Assembly: GCA_040218735.1 (NCBI GenBank)
Contig: JAVJQW010000064.1
Coordinates: forward strand, 1-64,000
DNA: 64,000 bases
Source of the DNA: Deltaproteobacteria bacterium
Lineage (GTDB): Bacteria > Myxococcota > Kuafuiibacteriia > Kuafuiibacteriales > Kuafuiibacteriaceae
Direction of reading: 5' to 3'
Shown piece after piece: positions 11,197-23,496 of the stretch. The notes under the pieces are model-generated. The model made no database searches. It was not told where the DNA came from and was given only the letters and a program-made list of their open reading frames with translations. The stretch's first letter is position 1; every line of letters starts with the position of its first letter. Position numbers and translations under genes: made by a program.

Positions 11197-13101
11197 GTGG
11201 CGGTGGGACCTCGTGATCCGCTCGGGCTCGGGCCGGGCGTCAGCATCCACACGGTCCAAGGCTACGACCCGGACGGCGTGGTCCGCAGCGCGACGATCGT
11301 GCTGGGGGCGCGCGAACCGACGCTGCTCTTCGACGCGTCGCCGTACCCGGCGTTGCTCGCGGCGTTGACGGAGCCGAGGACCTCGGTCGAGCTCGCGCGC
11401 GCGATCCAACACGTTGCGGATCCGCCGCGGGTGCACGTCGCGATTCGTCGGCTCGTCGCGCTGGGCGTCGCGGCGCCGGACACACCGGCTGCGCCGTACG
11501 AGGTGACGGCGCTGCCCGACGACCTCGCGCTCACGGTGCTGACGCGCCTCGACCTGGAGACGCTCCGACGGGACGGTCGTGCCGCCGCGCGCGCGGGGCG
11601 ACGCTGGACGTTCCTGCTGCGGTGGGGCGGCGCCGTGTGGCTCGGACCGCACCTCGCGCCGGACGGCCGCCCTTGTGTCGATTGCCTCGTCGATCGACTG
11701 CGGCACACGCAGCCCGTGCTCGCGTACGTCACGCGCGACGACGCCGCGCCTCGGAGCGCCGCGCCCGACGCGCGGTTGCTCGAGCTGGCCGCGCAGCACG
11801 GGCGCTCCCGACCCACCGACGAGCCCGCGGTCCTCGTGCGACAGGATCTGGAGAGCGGCGAAGAGACCCGGCACACGCTCCACCCGACCTGCGCGCGGTG
11901 CGGGCCGGACGACGCTCCGCTCGAAGCGCTCGTGGATCCGGTGCTCGGCGTCGTCGCGCGCGCCGAGGTCGTGACCGACGAAGCCCCGTTTGTGTCCTTC
12001 GCCGTGACCCCGAGGTGCCCACCCGCCGGCGAAGCGCCGTCCGCCGAGGCGTTCTTTCGGACGTCGAGCGGGAAGGGCGCGACCGCGCAGGCCGCGCGCC
12101 GCGGGGCGATCGCCGAGGCGCTCGAGCGTCGGTCCGCGACCTGGGCCGGGCAGCGCGCGGTGCGGGCGACCTACCGAGCGCTGGGTGCACGCGCCGTTCA
12201 TCCCGCGCGGATACTTCAGTTCAGCGAGGCGCAGTACCGAGCCCGAGCACGCGGCGACGCCCGCCCCGAGGTCGACCCGCGCCGTCGCGTCCCGCCGCAG
12301 TTCGACGAGGACACGCCGGTCTCGTGGGTGTCCGCGCGCTCGCTCGCGAACGGCATCGAGCGGCTGCTCCCAGCCGCGCTCGCCTTCCTCGACGAGCGCT
12401 CGTCGCCGACGTTCTGCTACGACGATCCCAACGGCCTGGGCGCCGGGGCGACGCAAACGCAAGCTACCTTGCACGCGCTCTTGGAGCTCGTCGAGCGCGA
12501 CGCCGTGGCGTTGTGGTGGTACAGCCGAGCGCTTCGACCAACGATCGACCGGGGAGGAATCGACGCCGTCGCGGCGCGGTGGTGGATGCACCTCGAGCGA
12601 GACGCCTCCGACGTCGCGGTCCTCGACCTCACGTCGGACTTCGAGATACCGGTGTTCGCCGCGATTCGACGCGGAGCGGGCGCACCGCGGGTCGGCTTCG
12701 GGTGTCACCTCGATGGTCGCGTCGCGCTGCGCCGGTGCCTCGCCGAGCTGGCCCAGAGCTGCGCGGCGCGCCCGTCGCCGCGGGCCGAGGTGGATTGGAG
12801 CGCGGCGACCTTCCTCGATCCCCACGGAGAGCCCCGCGCGGTCTCGACCTTCGAAGCGACGGACGACGAAGCCCTGAACGCCGTCGTCACCCGGCTCGCG
12901 GCTCACGGCTACGACCCCCTCGTCGTCGATCTCCCCCCGCCCGGCGGGGGCCTTCACGTCGTGCGGGCCGTCGTTCCCGGACTGCGACACTTCTGGCCCC
13001 GGTTCGGCCCCGGGCGCCTGTATGAGACCCCCGTCGCGCTCGGCTGGGTCGACGCCGCGCCGATCGAAGCCACGCTCAACCCGTTGCCGGTGCTCTGGTA
13101 G
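11197..13101 (+). CDS. Fused E1-like/leader-binding and YcaO cyclodehydratase (TOMM C-D fusion)
   Basis: GP...GRPCVDCL and CARCG (E1-like); SSGKG, AEALER, PNGLGAG, LLELVERDA, ELAQ; ends PGLRHFWPRFGPGRLY...LNPLPVLW, the Pro-rich tail of azoline-forming YcaOs. Confidence 0.92.
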   Translation: MAVGPRDPLGLGPGVSIHTVQGYDPDGVVRSATIVLGAREPTLLFDASPYPALLAALTEPRTSVELARAIQHVADPPRVHVAIRRLVALGVAAPDTPAAPYEVTALPDDLALTVLTRLDLETLRRDGRAAARAGRRWTFLLRWGGAVWLGPHLAPDGRPCVDCLVDRLRHTQPVLAYVTRDDAAPRSAAPDARLLELAAQHGRSRPTDEPAVLVRQDLESGEETRHTLHPTCARCGPDDAPLEALVDPVLGVVARAEVVTDEAPFVSFAVTPRCPPAGEAPSAEAFFRTSSGKGATAQAARRGAIAEALERRSATWAGQRAVRATYRALGARAVHPARILQFSEAQYRARARGDARPEVDPRRRVPPQFDEDTPVSWVSARSLANGIERLLPAALAFLDERSSPTFCYDDPNGLGAGATQTQATLHALLELVERDAVALWWYSRALRPTIDRGGIDAVAARWWMHLERDASDVAVLDLTSDFEIPVFAAIRRGAGAPRVGFGCHLDGRVALRRCLAELAQSCAARPSPRAEVDWSAATFLDPHGEPRAVSTFEATDDEALNAVVTRLAAHGYDPLVVDLPPPGGGLHVVRAVVPGLRHFWPRFGPGRLYETPVALGWVDAAPIEATLNPLPVLW

Positions 13102-13118
13102 GCTGCCGCGACTTCGCG

Positions 13119-14183
13119 ATGTACGTCGTCGATGCGGACCGCCACCTGATCGAGCCCTTCACCCTGTGGGGAGGCCTCGCGCCCGAGCTTCGATCGTACC
13201 TCCCGGAGCGCGCCGGGTACGGCCTGCGCATCGGCGGCGAAGACGTGTGGCGACCGCTGCTCCCGAAGACCGAACGGATGCTCGAGGCCGCCGCGGCCGC
13301 GCGCGCCGAGGACATCGCCGCGGCCGCCTCCGGGGCCGGCCACCTCGCGGCGATGGACCGCGCCGGAATCGACGCCGCCGTGCTGTTCCCGACCATCGCG
13401 CACTTCATCCTCGCGATCGAAGCGCTCCCCGCGCACGTCGTGGCCGACTACGCGCGGGTCTACAACGCCTACGTGCGGTCGTGTTGCGCCGTCGACGACC
13501 GGCGCCTCTTCGCCGCCGGTGTCGTCTCCCGGCACGACGTCTCCGCGATGCCCGACGCGGTGGTGCGTCTCGCCGACGAGGGCTTTCGTGCGGTCGTCGT
13601 CCGCCCGAACCCGATGCACGGCCGGACGATCGCACACGCAGACTACGAACCGTTCTTCGCCGCCTGCGAGCGGACGGGCCTCGCGCTCGTCGTCCACGAA
13701 GGCTCCCACGCACGTGCGCCGTCCGCGGGGGCCGATCGCTTCGAGACTCGCTTCGGGCAGCACGCCTGTTCGCACCCCTTCGAACAGATGATGGCGCTGA
13801 CCGGCCTCATCGAGGGGGGCGTCCTCGAACGCCACCCGACGCTGCGCGTTGGGTTCTTCGAGGCGGGCGCGGGCTGGCTCCCCTACTGGCTGTGGCGACT
13901 CGATCACGTCGAGTACGCGCAGCACCGCGACGAGGTGCGGGAGCACGTCTGTCGCCCTCCGTCGCAGTACTTTCGTCGTCAGTGTTGGGTGACGGTCGAG
14001 CCGAGCGAGCCCGGGCTCGACCGTGTCGTCGAGATCGTCGGGGCCGACCGCCTGCTCTTCGGGACCGACTTCCCCCACCTCGACCACGACGCCGACGCGG
14101 CGCCGACGTCGCTCGACGCGGTGGGGCCCACGGTCGCGGGCGCTGTGCTCACGGACAACCCGCGCCGCTTCTATCGACTCTGA
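13119..14183 (+). CDS. Amidohydrolase family protein (Amidohydro_2-like)
   Basis: DADRH, MDRAGIDAAVLFPT, VHEG, FFEAGAGW, FGTDFPH, DNPRRFY; 17 bp after YcaO. Confidence 0.9.
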   Translation: MYVVDADRHLIEPFTLWGGLAPELRSYLPERAGYGLRIGGEDVWRPLLPKTERMLEAAAAARAEDIAAAASGAGHLAAMDRAGIDAAVLFPTIAHFILAIEALPAHVVADYARVYNAYVRSCCAVDDRRLFAAGVVSRHDVSAMPDAVVRLADEGFRAVVVRPNPMHGRTIAHADYEPFFAACERTGLALVVHEGSHARAPSAGADRFETRFGQHACSHPFEQMMALTGLIEGGVLERHPTLRVGFFEAGAGWLPYWLWRLDHVEYAQHRDEVREHVCRPPSQYFRRQCWVTVEPSEPGLDRVVEIVGADRLLFGTDFPHLDHDADAAPTSLDAVGPTVAGAVLTDNPRRFYRL

Positions 14184-14187
14184 CGCG

Positions 14188-14517
14188 TCAGCAGAGGCAG
14201 GAGATGTTTTTCGGCGGGTCGATCCGTCGCAGGTAGTCCGCGAGCTTGGTCGCGCCCTTGTTCAGATCGTCCGGCGTCTTCGGGAGCACGGCGACGAGCG
14301 CTGCGTCCTTGTTCATCTCGATGCTCGCGTTGAGCGCGGGGTCGCCTTCCTCGACGACGATGAGCTGCACGCGCGTAGGCAGCGTGTACTCGATGCGTTC
14401 GTCCGCGAGCGCGGCGTTCGGGTTCGACAGGAGCAGCTGCCGAAACGAGTCGTCCTCCCAGGCGAGGGCGACGGCGATGGACCACGCGTCCTTGAAGTTG
14501 TTCAGGTCAGCACTCAT
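14188..14517 (-). CDS. RiPP precursor, BMA_0021/BMA_0022-type (NHLP-like leader), C-terminal core ...PPKNISCLC
   Basis: 109 aa from ATG 14517 with GGAGGA-type RBS; AVALAWEDDSFRQLLLSNPNAAL leader, LPKTP motif and Cys-rich C-terminus; sits between the YcaO operon and the TOMM kinase. Confidence 0.85.
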   Translation of the reverse strand: MSADLNNFKDAWSIAVALAWEDDSFRQLLLSNPNAALADERIEYTLPTRVQLIVVEEGDPALNASIEMNKDAALVAVLPKTPDDLNKGATKLADYLRRIDPPKNISCLC

Positions 14518-14548
14518 TTCGATTTCTTCCTCCACGGTCTCTCTCGAT

Positions 14549-18406
<3,858 letters not shown>

Positions 18407-18452
18407 TGAGATCCAGGTTCCAGAACACTCTTCACACGCGCGCCGAGGAAGA

Positions 18453-19037
18453 TCAATTTGGGCCTGGCACCCACCCCGGCCAGGTGTCGACCGGTCGGGT
18501 GCGGCACTTGATGAGGAAGTTGACCGCGACGTTCGTCGGGCGCGTCTCGCTGGCCACCTTCACGTCGCCGTAGCTCGAGTCGCTGACGACGCTCGTGGTC
18601 TGGCCGTCGGTGACCTCGGAGAAGGCGTCACCGCTGTCGCTGGTCGTCGCGCCGCTCGCAACGGAGACGCCGTGTTCGTGGCCCTGAAACGCGAAGTCCT
18701 GGGTCGAGCCGACCTTCGCGCCCTTGTTCCCCGTCCCCGTCGCCGGGTCGGCGGGGTCGCGCTTGGACGCGTCGGGATCGCGCGCCTGCTTCGAGGGGCG
18801 ATCGTCCACGCCCCGGAGGAACTGACCGCGGTAGTCGGGGAGCTTGAGCTTCGTCGGCGCGGACGGTTTTCCGTAGATGTCTCCCAAGATCGCAGCGAGC
18901 TGACGGAAGGTCGCCGCGTCGACCTCCGAACCGTCGCACACCAACCAACCCTGGTCCGCGAGGTACAGGCGCACCTCGGGGCTCGCGACGTCGCCGGCGT
19001 AGACGATCACCGTTCCGACGGGCGCTTCGACGATCAT
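18453..19037 (-). CDS. Phage tail-collar domain protein
   Basis: 194 aa from ATG 19037 (ATGA overlap with upstream stop); PVGTVIVYAG, GWLVCDGS, LPDYRGQFLRG, VGSTQ...QGHEH, ETRPTNVAVNFLIK. Confidence 0.9.
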   Translation of the reverse strand: MIVEAPVGTVIVYAGDVASPEVRLYLADQGWLVCDGSEVDAATFRQLAAILGDIYGKPSAPTKLKLPDYRGQFLRGVDDRPSKQARDPDASKRDPADPATGTGNKGAKVGSTQDFAFQGHEHGVSVASGATTSDSGDAFSEVTDGQTTSVVSDSSYGDVKVASETRPTNVAVNFLIKCRTRPVDTWPGWVPGPN

Positions 19038-21754
19038 GGTGCGTCCCCCGGGATCTCCTCGGCGTCCTGCAACATCGTGAGCGTCGTCGGCACGCTGACG
19101 CGCCAGGACGGTCCACTCCCCGAGCGCTCCGACGCTTCGGAGGCGAGCAGCTCCGCGACGGCGGACACCGCCGACGCGTCGAGCGGGATGTCGGGTGGGC
19201 ACGGGACCCACTGCTTTCCGGACGCGAGGAAGTACAGCACCGACAGCTCGAAGCCGCGCCGGATGGGGAGCAGCACCCGCGCCGACTTCGCACGGAGGAA
19301 CGCATCGAACGTGCCGCGCGCGTCGCGGTCGACGTTCGACTCGCCCGCGAAACAACACGGCGACGTCGTGGGGGCGTCGCCCGCCGGCCACGACTTGAAG
19401 TCGAAGGCCATCGCCGGCCACTCGAAAGCGGCGTCGAAGAATCGGTACAGCTCGGGCGTTGCACCGTCCTTGGCCTTCGCGCCGAGGACGTCCATGCCGA
19501 GCGTCGTGAGCGCACGTTCGATGGTCCGACCGCGGTCGTCCTCGCTCTTCGCTTCGATGCGGTCGTGCAGCGCGTCGGTGTACCGTGTTTGCTGAGTTTC
19601 GTAGGCCGCGAGAATTCGCGCGTAGACGTCTTCCTGCCAGGCGAGGAGCAGGTCCGCGTGATCGTCGAGGTTACACTCGACGTCGACCGTCACCGTGAAG
19701 CTCGGCGAGCCGGAGCGAAACGCGACGGGGATGGATCCAGTAGCGGGGCTCAACGTCGCGACCTTCGACGTCCCCACGGCGGGGGTCGCGGGCGTCGGCG
19801 GTTCGAACGGATCCGGACACGTGCACCCCGAGTCGCCGTCCGCCGCGTCGGGCGCCCGCGCCGCGGCGCCGCTGGACTTCAGCTCGAGTGGCTGTGCACC
19901 GACGAAGCCGACCAGCGGGAAGCTCCCGTCCACGAGCGCGTACGTTACCGTCCCCAGCTTCGCGGTATGGCCCGCAGGGACCTCGACCTGCCCGGCGCGT
20001 GCGGGGCCGTCCGACTCGAAGCGGCTCGACACCGTCACGCTCTTTTTGGGCGGCGGGGGCACGTCGACTGCGCCGTAGCGCGTCGCGAGCGAACGGTAGT
20101 TGTTGGCCGCGATCGCGGAGGGGCCGTCGATCGGTGGTGTCAGCGCGGAGGGGGCGACGGGGGCCACGAGCGGACGGGGCCCCGACGCGGCGACGTCTTC
20201 CACGAACCGTTTGGACGGCGAGTCGAGCATCAGCTCCGCGAGGATCCGCAGGCCGCGATCGTGGAGCGACAGGGTGTAGACCTTCTCGAGCCACCGGAAG
20301 ACGCCGACGTTGCGTTGGTCGCGGCCACGGTTGTCGATGCGGCTCGTTTGCTCGCGCACCGACGACTGCTGAAGGTGCCGCGAACGCTTGACCACGGAGC
20401 GCGCCTTCAACCGCTTCGCCGCCTGGTCGGTGATGCGTTGCGCGAACGCCGCCGCCTGTCTTCGGCTCCGCTCCTTCAGGCAGTCGGACCCGTTCCACTT
20501 GCCGGTGAGGCTGACACAGAAGCCCGCGGGGCCGGTCTTCGGGGTGATGTTCGTGTAGTCGCGGCAGATCGACTTGCCGCCGATGACGTCCTGGACCTCG
20601 TCGTCGAGGTCCGCCTCGCCTTCGACGACGTGGATCTCGGCGTCGGCCCGATCTTCACGCTGCTCTTCGCGTTCGGTGACATCGATCGTCGTGGACTCCG
20701 ATCGGCGATCCACCCGCGACTCGAACGGCATCACGTTGATGGTGTTCGCGATGTCTCCGAGCTCGTAGCCGAGGAGCTTCTGCTCGACGACCTCGAGCAC
20801 CCCCACGCCGAGGATCTGCACCCACCCTTCCTTCGACGGTGGCGGGGGGGCCTCGGGCCGCAGCGCGAAGGCGCGCGGCAGCACGGGGATCGCGGAAGCG
20901 ACCGGCGCCGTCTCGGTGTCGCCGTCGGCGAGGTTCGCGAGCAGGGCGCGCGCGCGAAGCGCCCGCAAGACGACTTGCGTCGCGTCCGGATCCTTCGGTC
21001 CGAGCAACGCGTCCGCGACGAACGAGTGCCATAACCGCGTCTCGAGCGCGCGTGACTCGGTGCTCCGCAGGTAGCGCGCGGGCGGGACGTCCAGCAGGCC
21101 TTCGATTGTGGACGCCACGTCCTCGGGCTCGGCGTCGAACACGGCGTCGGCGATCTCCAAGAGCTTGCCCGCGGCCTTCTTCACCGCGGCCGGATCTCCG
21201 AAGTAGTCCGAGGACGCGACGAACGCCCGCGCTCCCGCGAGGACGTCGTCGCCGCCCGACGGAAAGGCCAGTGGCTCGGACCAGCGCAGGAAGCGGGACG
21301 TGTCGTCCTCGGACGCGCTCGGTGCGCGCACCCAGAGGAAGCCGAACAGGTCGCCACACGGCCGCAACGAACGGATCGCGACGCCGCTCCCCACCGGATC
21401 GAACGCTCGCTCGGAGCTCGTCGTCCACGTCGCGATCTGCCCCTGGAACGCGGTGGAGGGCCCCGTCGCGAAGTCGCCGGCGAGGATCGCGAGCCCGCCG
21501 CCGAAGGACAGCGTGAGCTCACCTTCGATCGCGTTCGGCTCCTCACCGATCTCGAACCACCCCGACGGCTGCGCCTCGTCGAGCTCGACGGTGCGCTCGC
21601 CGTTCGGCGACTGGCTGATCACGACACACCGTACCGAGCGCCGGTCGGGCCCCGCGTCCCACGACACCGAAACCTGTGCGGCGCCGCGGTAGGTCTGCGA
21701 CCCCGAGGGGCCGTGCGCGATGTTCGGTACGTCGGATACGTCGGTGCGGGTCAT
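19034..21754 (-). CDS. 906-aa uncharacterised protein, putative toxin/structural component
   Basis: Long ORF in a tight operon; conserved-looking blocks GVGVLEVVEQKLLGYELGDIANTINV, FRWLEKVY, FFDAAFEWPAM, FLRAKSARVLLPIRRGFE, WRVSVPTTL. Confidence 0.75.
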   Translation of the reverse strand: MTRTDVSDVPNIAHGPSGSQTYRGAAQVSVSWDAGPDRRSVRCVVISQSPNGERTVELDEAQPSGWFEIGEEPNAIEGELTLSFGGGLAILAGDFATGPSTAFQGQIATWTTSSERAFDPVGSGVAIRSLRPCGDLFGFLWVRAPSASEDDTSRFLRWSEPLAFPSGGDDVLAGARAFVASSDYFGDPAAVKKAAGKLLEIADAVFDAEPEDVASTIEGLLDVPPARYLRSTESRALETRLWHSFVADALLGPKDPDATQVVLRALRARALLANLADGDTETAPVASAIPVLPRAFALRPEAPPPPSKEGWVQILGVGVLEVVEQKLLGYELGDIANTINVMPFESRVDRRSESTTIDVTEREEQREDRADAEIHVVEGEADLDDEVQDVIGGKSICRDYTNITPKTGPAGFCVSLTGKWNGSDCLKERSRRQAAAFAQRITDQAAKRLKARSVVKRSRHLQQSSVREQTSRIDNRGRDQRNVGVFRWLEKVYTLSLHDRGLRILAELMLDSPSKRFVEDVAASGPRPLVAPVAPSALTPPIDGPSAIAANNYRSLATRYGAVDVPPPPKKSVTVSSRFESDGPARAGQVEVPAGHTAKLGTVTYALVDGSFPLVGFVGAQPLELKSSGAAARAPDAADGDSGCTCPDPFEPPTPATPAVGTSKVATLSPATGSIPVAFRSGSPSFTVTVDVECNLDDHADLLLAWQEDVYARILAAYETQQTRYTDALHDRIEAKSEDDRGRTIERALTTLGMDVLGAKAKDGATPELYRFFDAAFEWPAMAFDFKSWPAGDAPTTSPCCFAGESNVDRDARGTFDAFLRAKSARVLLPIRRGFELSVLYFLASGKQWVPCPPDIPLDASAVSAVAELLASEASERSGSGPSWRVSVPTTLTMLQDAEEIPGDAP

Positions 21755-21767
21755 GGCGGGCTCCTGT

Positions 21768-22208
21768 TCACTTGCGCGAACGTTGTTTGCGGGCGCGGCG
21801 GCGTTGCTCGCTCTTGTCGTCGGCTTCCTCTTCCTCGTCGGCCTCGGCCGCCTCCTCCTCGGGCGGCTCGATTCGAACCGAGCCCTCGCCCGACGTGGAC
21901 CACGACGAGAGCTGGCCCACGAACGCTTCGTGTGGGTTCACCTTCACGGACGCCTCGAGCGCCGTGAACTTCGGGCGCACCACCAGCGACAGGACACCCT
22001 GCACCTTGGGCGGCGTCTCGCCGGCCTCGGAAGGTTTACCGGTGAGCTCGAACGACAGTATCGACTGCTCCGGCGTCAGCGCGTGCTGCTTCGAGCCCGA
22101 CGGGCCCGTGAGCGTGATCTGTACGCAGGAGTCGGAGGGCGTCACGGCCCATGCGATCGAGAATTCGAACGGCGTCGAGAACGCCTTCTTGCCGGTGAGT
22201 TTGTCCAT
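21768..22208 (-). CDS. Hypothetical protein; stand-alone homologue of the N-terminal domain of the 906-aa protein, acidic/basic tail
   Basis: GAGGAGG RBS; P.EAFVGQLSSWSTSGE aligns with PSTAFQGQIATWTTSSE of the next gene. Confidence 0.75.
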   Translation of the reverse strand: MDKLTGKKAFSTPFEFSIAWAVTPSDSCVQITLTGPSGSKQHALTPEQSILSFELTGKPSEAGETPPKVQGVLSLVVRPKFTALEASVKVNPHEAFVGQLSSWSTSGEGSVRIEPPEEEAAEADEEEEADDKSEQRRRARKQRSRK

Positions 22209-22232
22209 CTTCGATACCTCCTCGTCCTTCGG

Positions 22233-22757
22233 TCACTGCCTCAGGACGACTTCCTGGGAGCCCGCGTCGTGCGTCACCGCGATGCCGCGATCGAGGCTGT
22301 CGACGTACAGCGGCGCGGTCATCCGTCCCGCGACCACGGCGCGAATCTCGTAGTTGTCGCCGATGTCGATCTGCTGGTTCTGCCACTGGCCGACCGCGAG
22401 CGTCGCGATGAGGTGCGGCTGTCGCCGCTCCACGCGGAACACCACCGGCGCGATCGTCGTGTTCTCGCAGCCGAGGCTCTTGATTCGACGGGGCGGGACC
22501 TGGTCGATCGACACCGGGCTCCCGTTGCGGTCCGACTGCTGAGATACGACGTACTGCGCGCCGCCTTCGCTCGGCCGCACCTCCATCTCGTGCTCCCAGC
22601 CGTCGTGCTCGTACTTGAGGTGCACGGCGTACTCTTCGAGCACCAGCGTCGAGGCCCGACTGCTCGGCTCGAGGTAGGTCACGCCGAACAGGTAGGGACC
22701 CTGTTGAATCCGGAACTGGACGCGCTCCTTCGTTCGGTTGTCGAGCTCGAGTTTCAC
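22233..22757 (-). CDS. Hypothetical beta-rich protein, paralogue of 22842-23390
   Basis: GTG start with GGAG RBS; shares FRxxQG, CENT...PV, ExxAxVxGxxTxPLxVD with the upstream gene. Confidence 0.75.
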   Translation of the reverse strand: MKLELDNRTKERVQFRIQQGPYLFGVTYLEPSSRASTLVLEEYAVHLKYEHDGWEHEMEVRPSEGGAQYVVSQQSDRNGSPVSIDQVPPRRIKSLGCENTTIAPVVFRVERRQPHLIATLAVGQWQNQQIDIGDNYEIRAVVAGRMTAPLYVDSLDRGIAVTHDAGSQEVVLRQ

Positions 22758-22783
22758 GTCTGACTCCGTCCTTCGAGAGATGG

Positions 22784-22832
22784 GGGGGCGTCGACGCCCC
22801 CGACGGCCGGGGGGACCGCCGGGGGCGTCGAC
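22784..22832 (-). promoter_or_regulatory. Intra-operon inverted repeat / alternative hairpin
   Basis: 13-bp perfect IR GTCGACGCCCCCG (22790-22802) / CGGGGGCGTCGAC (22820-22832), overlapping an 18-bp palindrome GGGGGCGTCGACGCCCCC (22784-22801). Confidence 0.65.
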
Positions 22833-22841
22833 ACTTCCTCG

Positions 22842-23390
22842 TCACGCGAGCTGCAGGTAGTAGCCCGAGTCGTTGTTGTCCTTCAGCAGGTTGATGACCG
22901 CGTTCGGGTCGTCGACGAAGAGGGGCTGCGTCGTGATGCCGTCCACGATCGCGTAGACCTCCCACTCCTGCGCGGTGCTGATGGCGAGCGTGTTGTGCTC
23001 GCTGACGACGCGCGCGGTCTGCAACGGCGAGTTGTCGCGCCACACCTTGATCGTGACCGGCTCCTTCCAGGTGTTCTCGCAGACGATCGCGGACGGCTGC
23101 GAACCGGGCTGCAGCTCGAGGTTGAAGTCGAGGAACTCGTTGTTCACCTCCATCTGCGCGAGGAGCATCGCGGAGTCGTCCGTGAAGGAGATGACCTCGG
23201 AGCTGAGGGAGACGCGCCCGGTCATCGTGAAGGCCTGCGCCTTGTAGGTGTGCCCGGTGGGGACGGTCGCGGTGCCGCCGGGACGCACGCCGACGCGCGC
23301 GACCTGGTCCTTGCCCTGGCGCATGCGGAACTCGGCGAAGCGAACGCTGTTCGGCGAGAGGTTGTTGTTGAGGTTGATCTGATCGCTCAT
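22842..23390 (-). CDS. Hypothetical beta-rich protein, first gene of the sigma54 operon
   Basis: AGGAG RBS then ATG; 182 aa with strong GC3 codon bias; paralogous to the next gene. Confidence 0.8.
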   Translation of the reverse strand: MSDQINLNNNLSPNSVRFAEFRMRQGKDQVARVGVRPGGTATVPTGHTYKAQAFTMTGRVSLSSEVISFTDDSAMLLAQMEVNNEFLDFNLELQPGSQPSAIVCENTWKEPVTIKVWRDNSPLQTARVVSEHNTLAISTAQEWEVYAIVDGITTQPLFVDDPNAVINLLKDNNDSGYYLQLA

Positions 23391-23479
23391 CGAAAACTCC
23401 TGGTGTGGAGGCCTTCGCCCCCGGTGTGTAGCGGGTGGTCCAGCGACCTCGTCCCGCGAATTCGTTGGGACCAGATAAG

Positions 23480-23496
23480 AGCAACCGCCGTGCCGA
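23480..23496 (-). promoter_or_regulatory. Sigma54 (-24/-12) promoter
   Basis: Minus strand TCGGCACGGCGGTTGCT = GG-N10-GC, matching TGGCAC-N5-TTGCW; about 90 bp upstream of ATG 23390. Confidence 0.8.

Noticed and set aside
18453-23390. Prophage or complete contractile injection system
   Set aside because: Only a tail-collar domain is recognisable; no sheath, tube, baseplate, VgrG/PAAR, capsid, terminase or integrase
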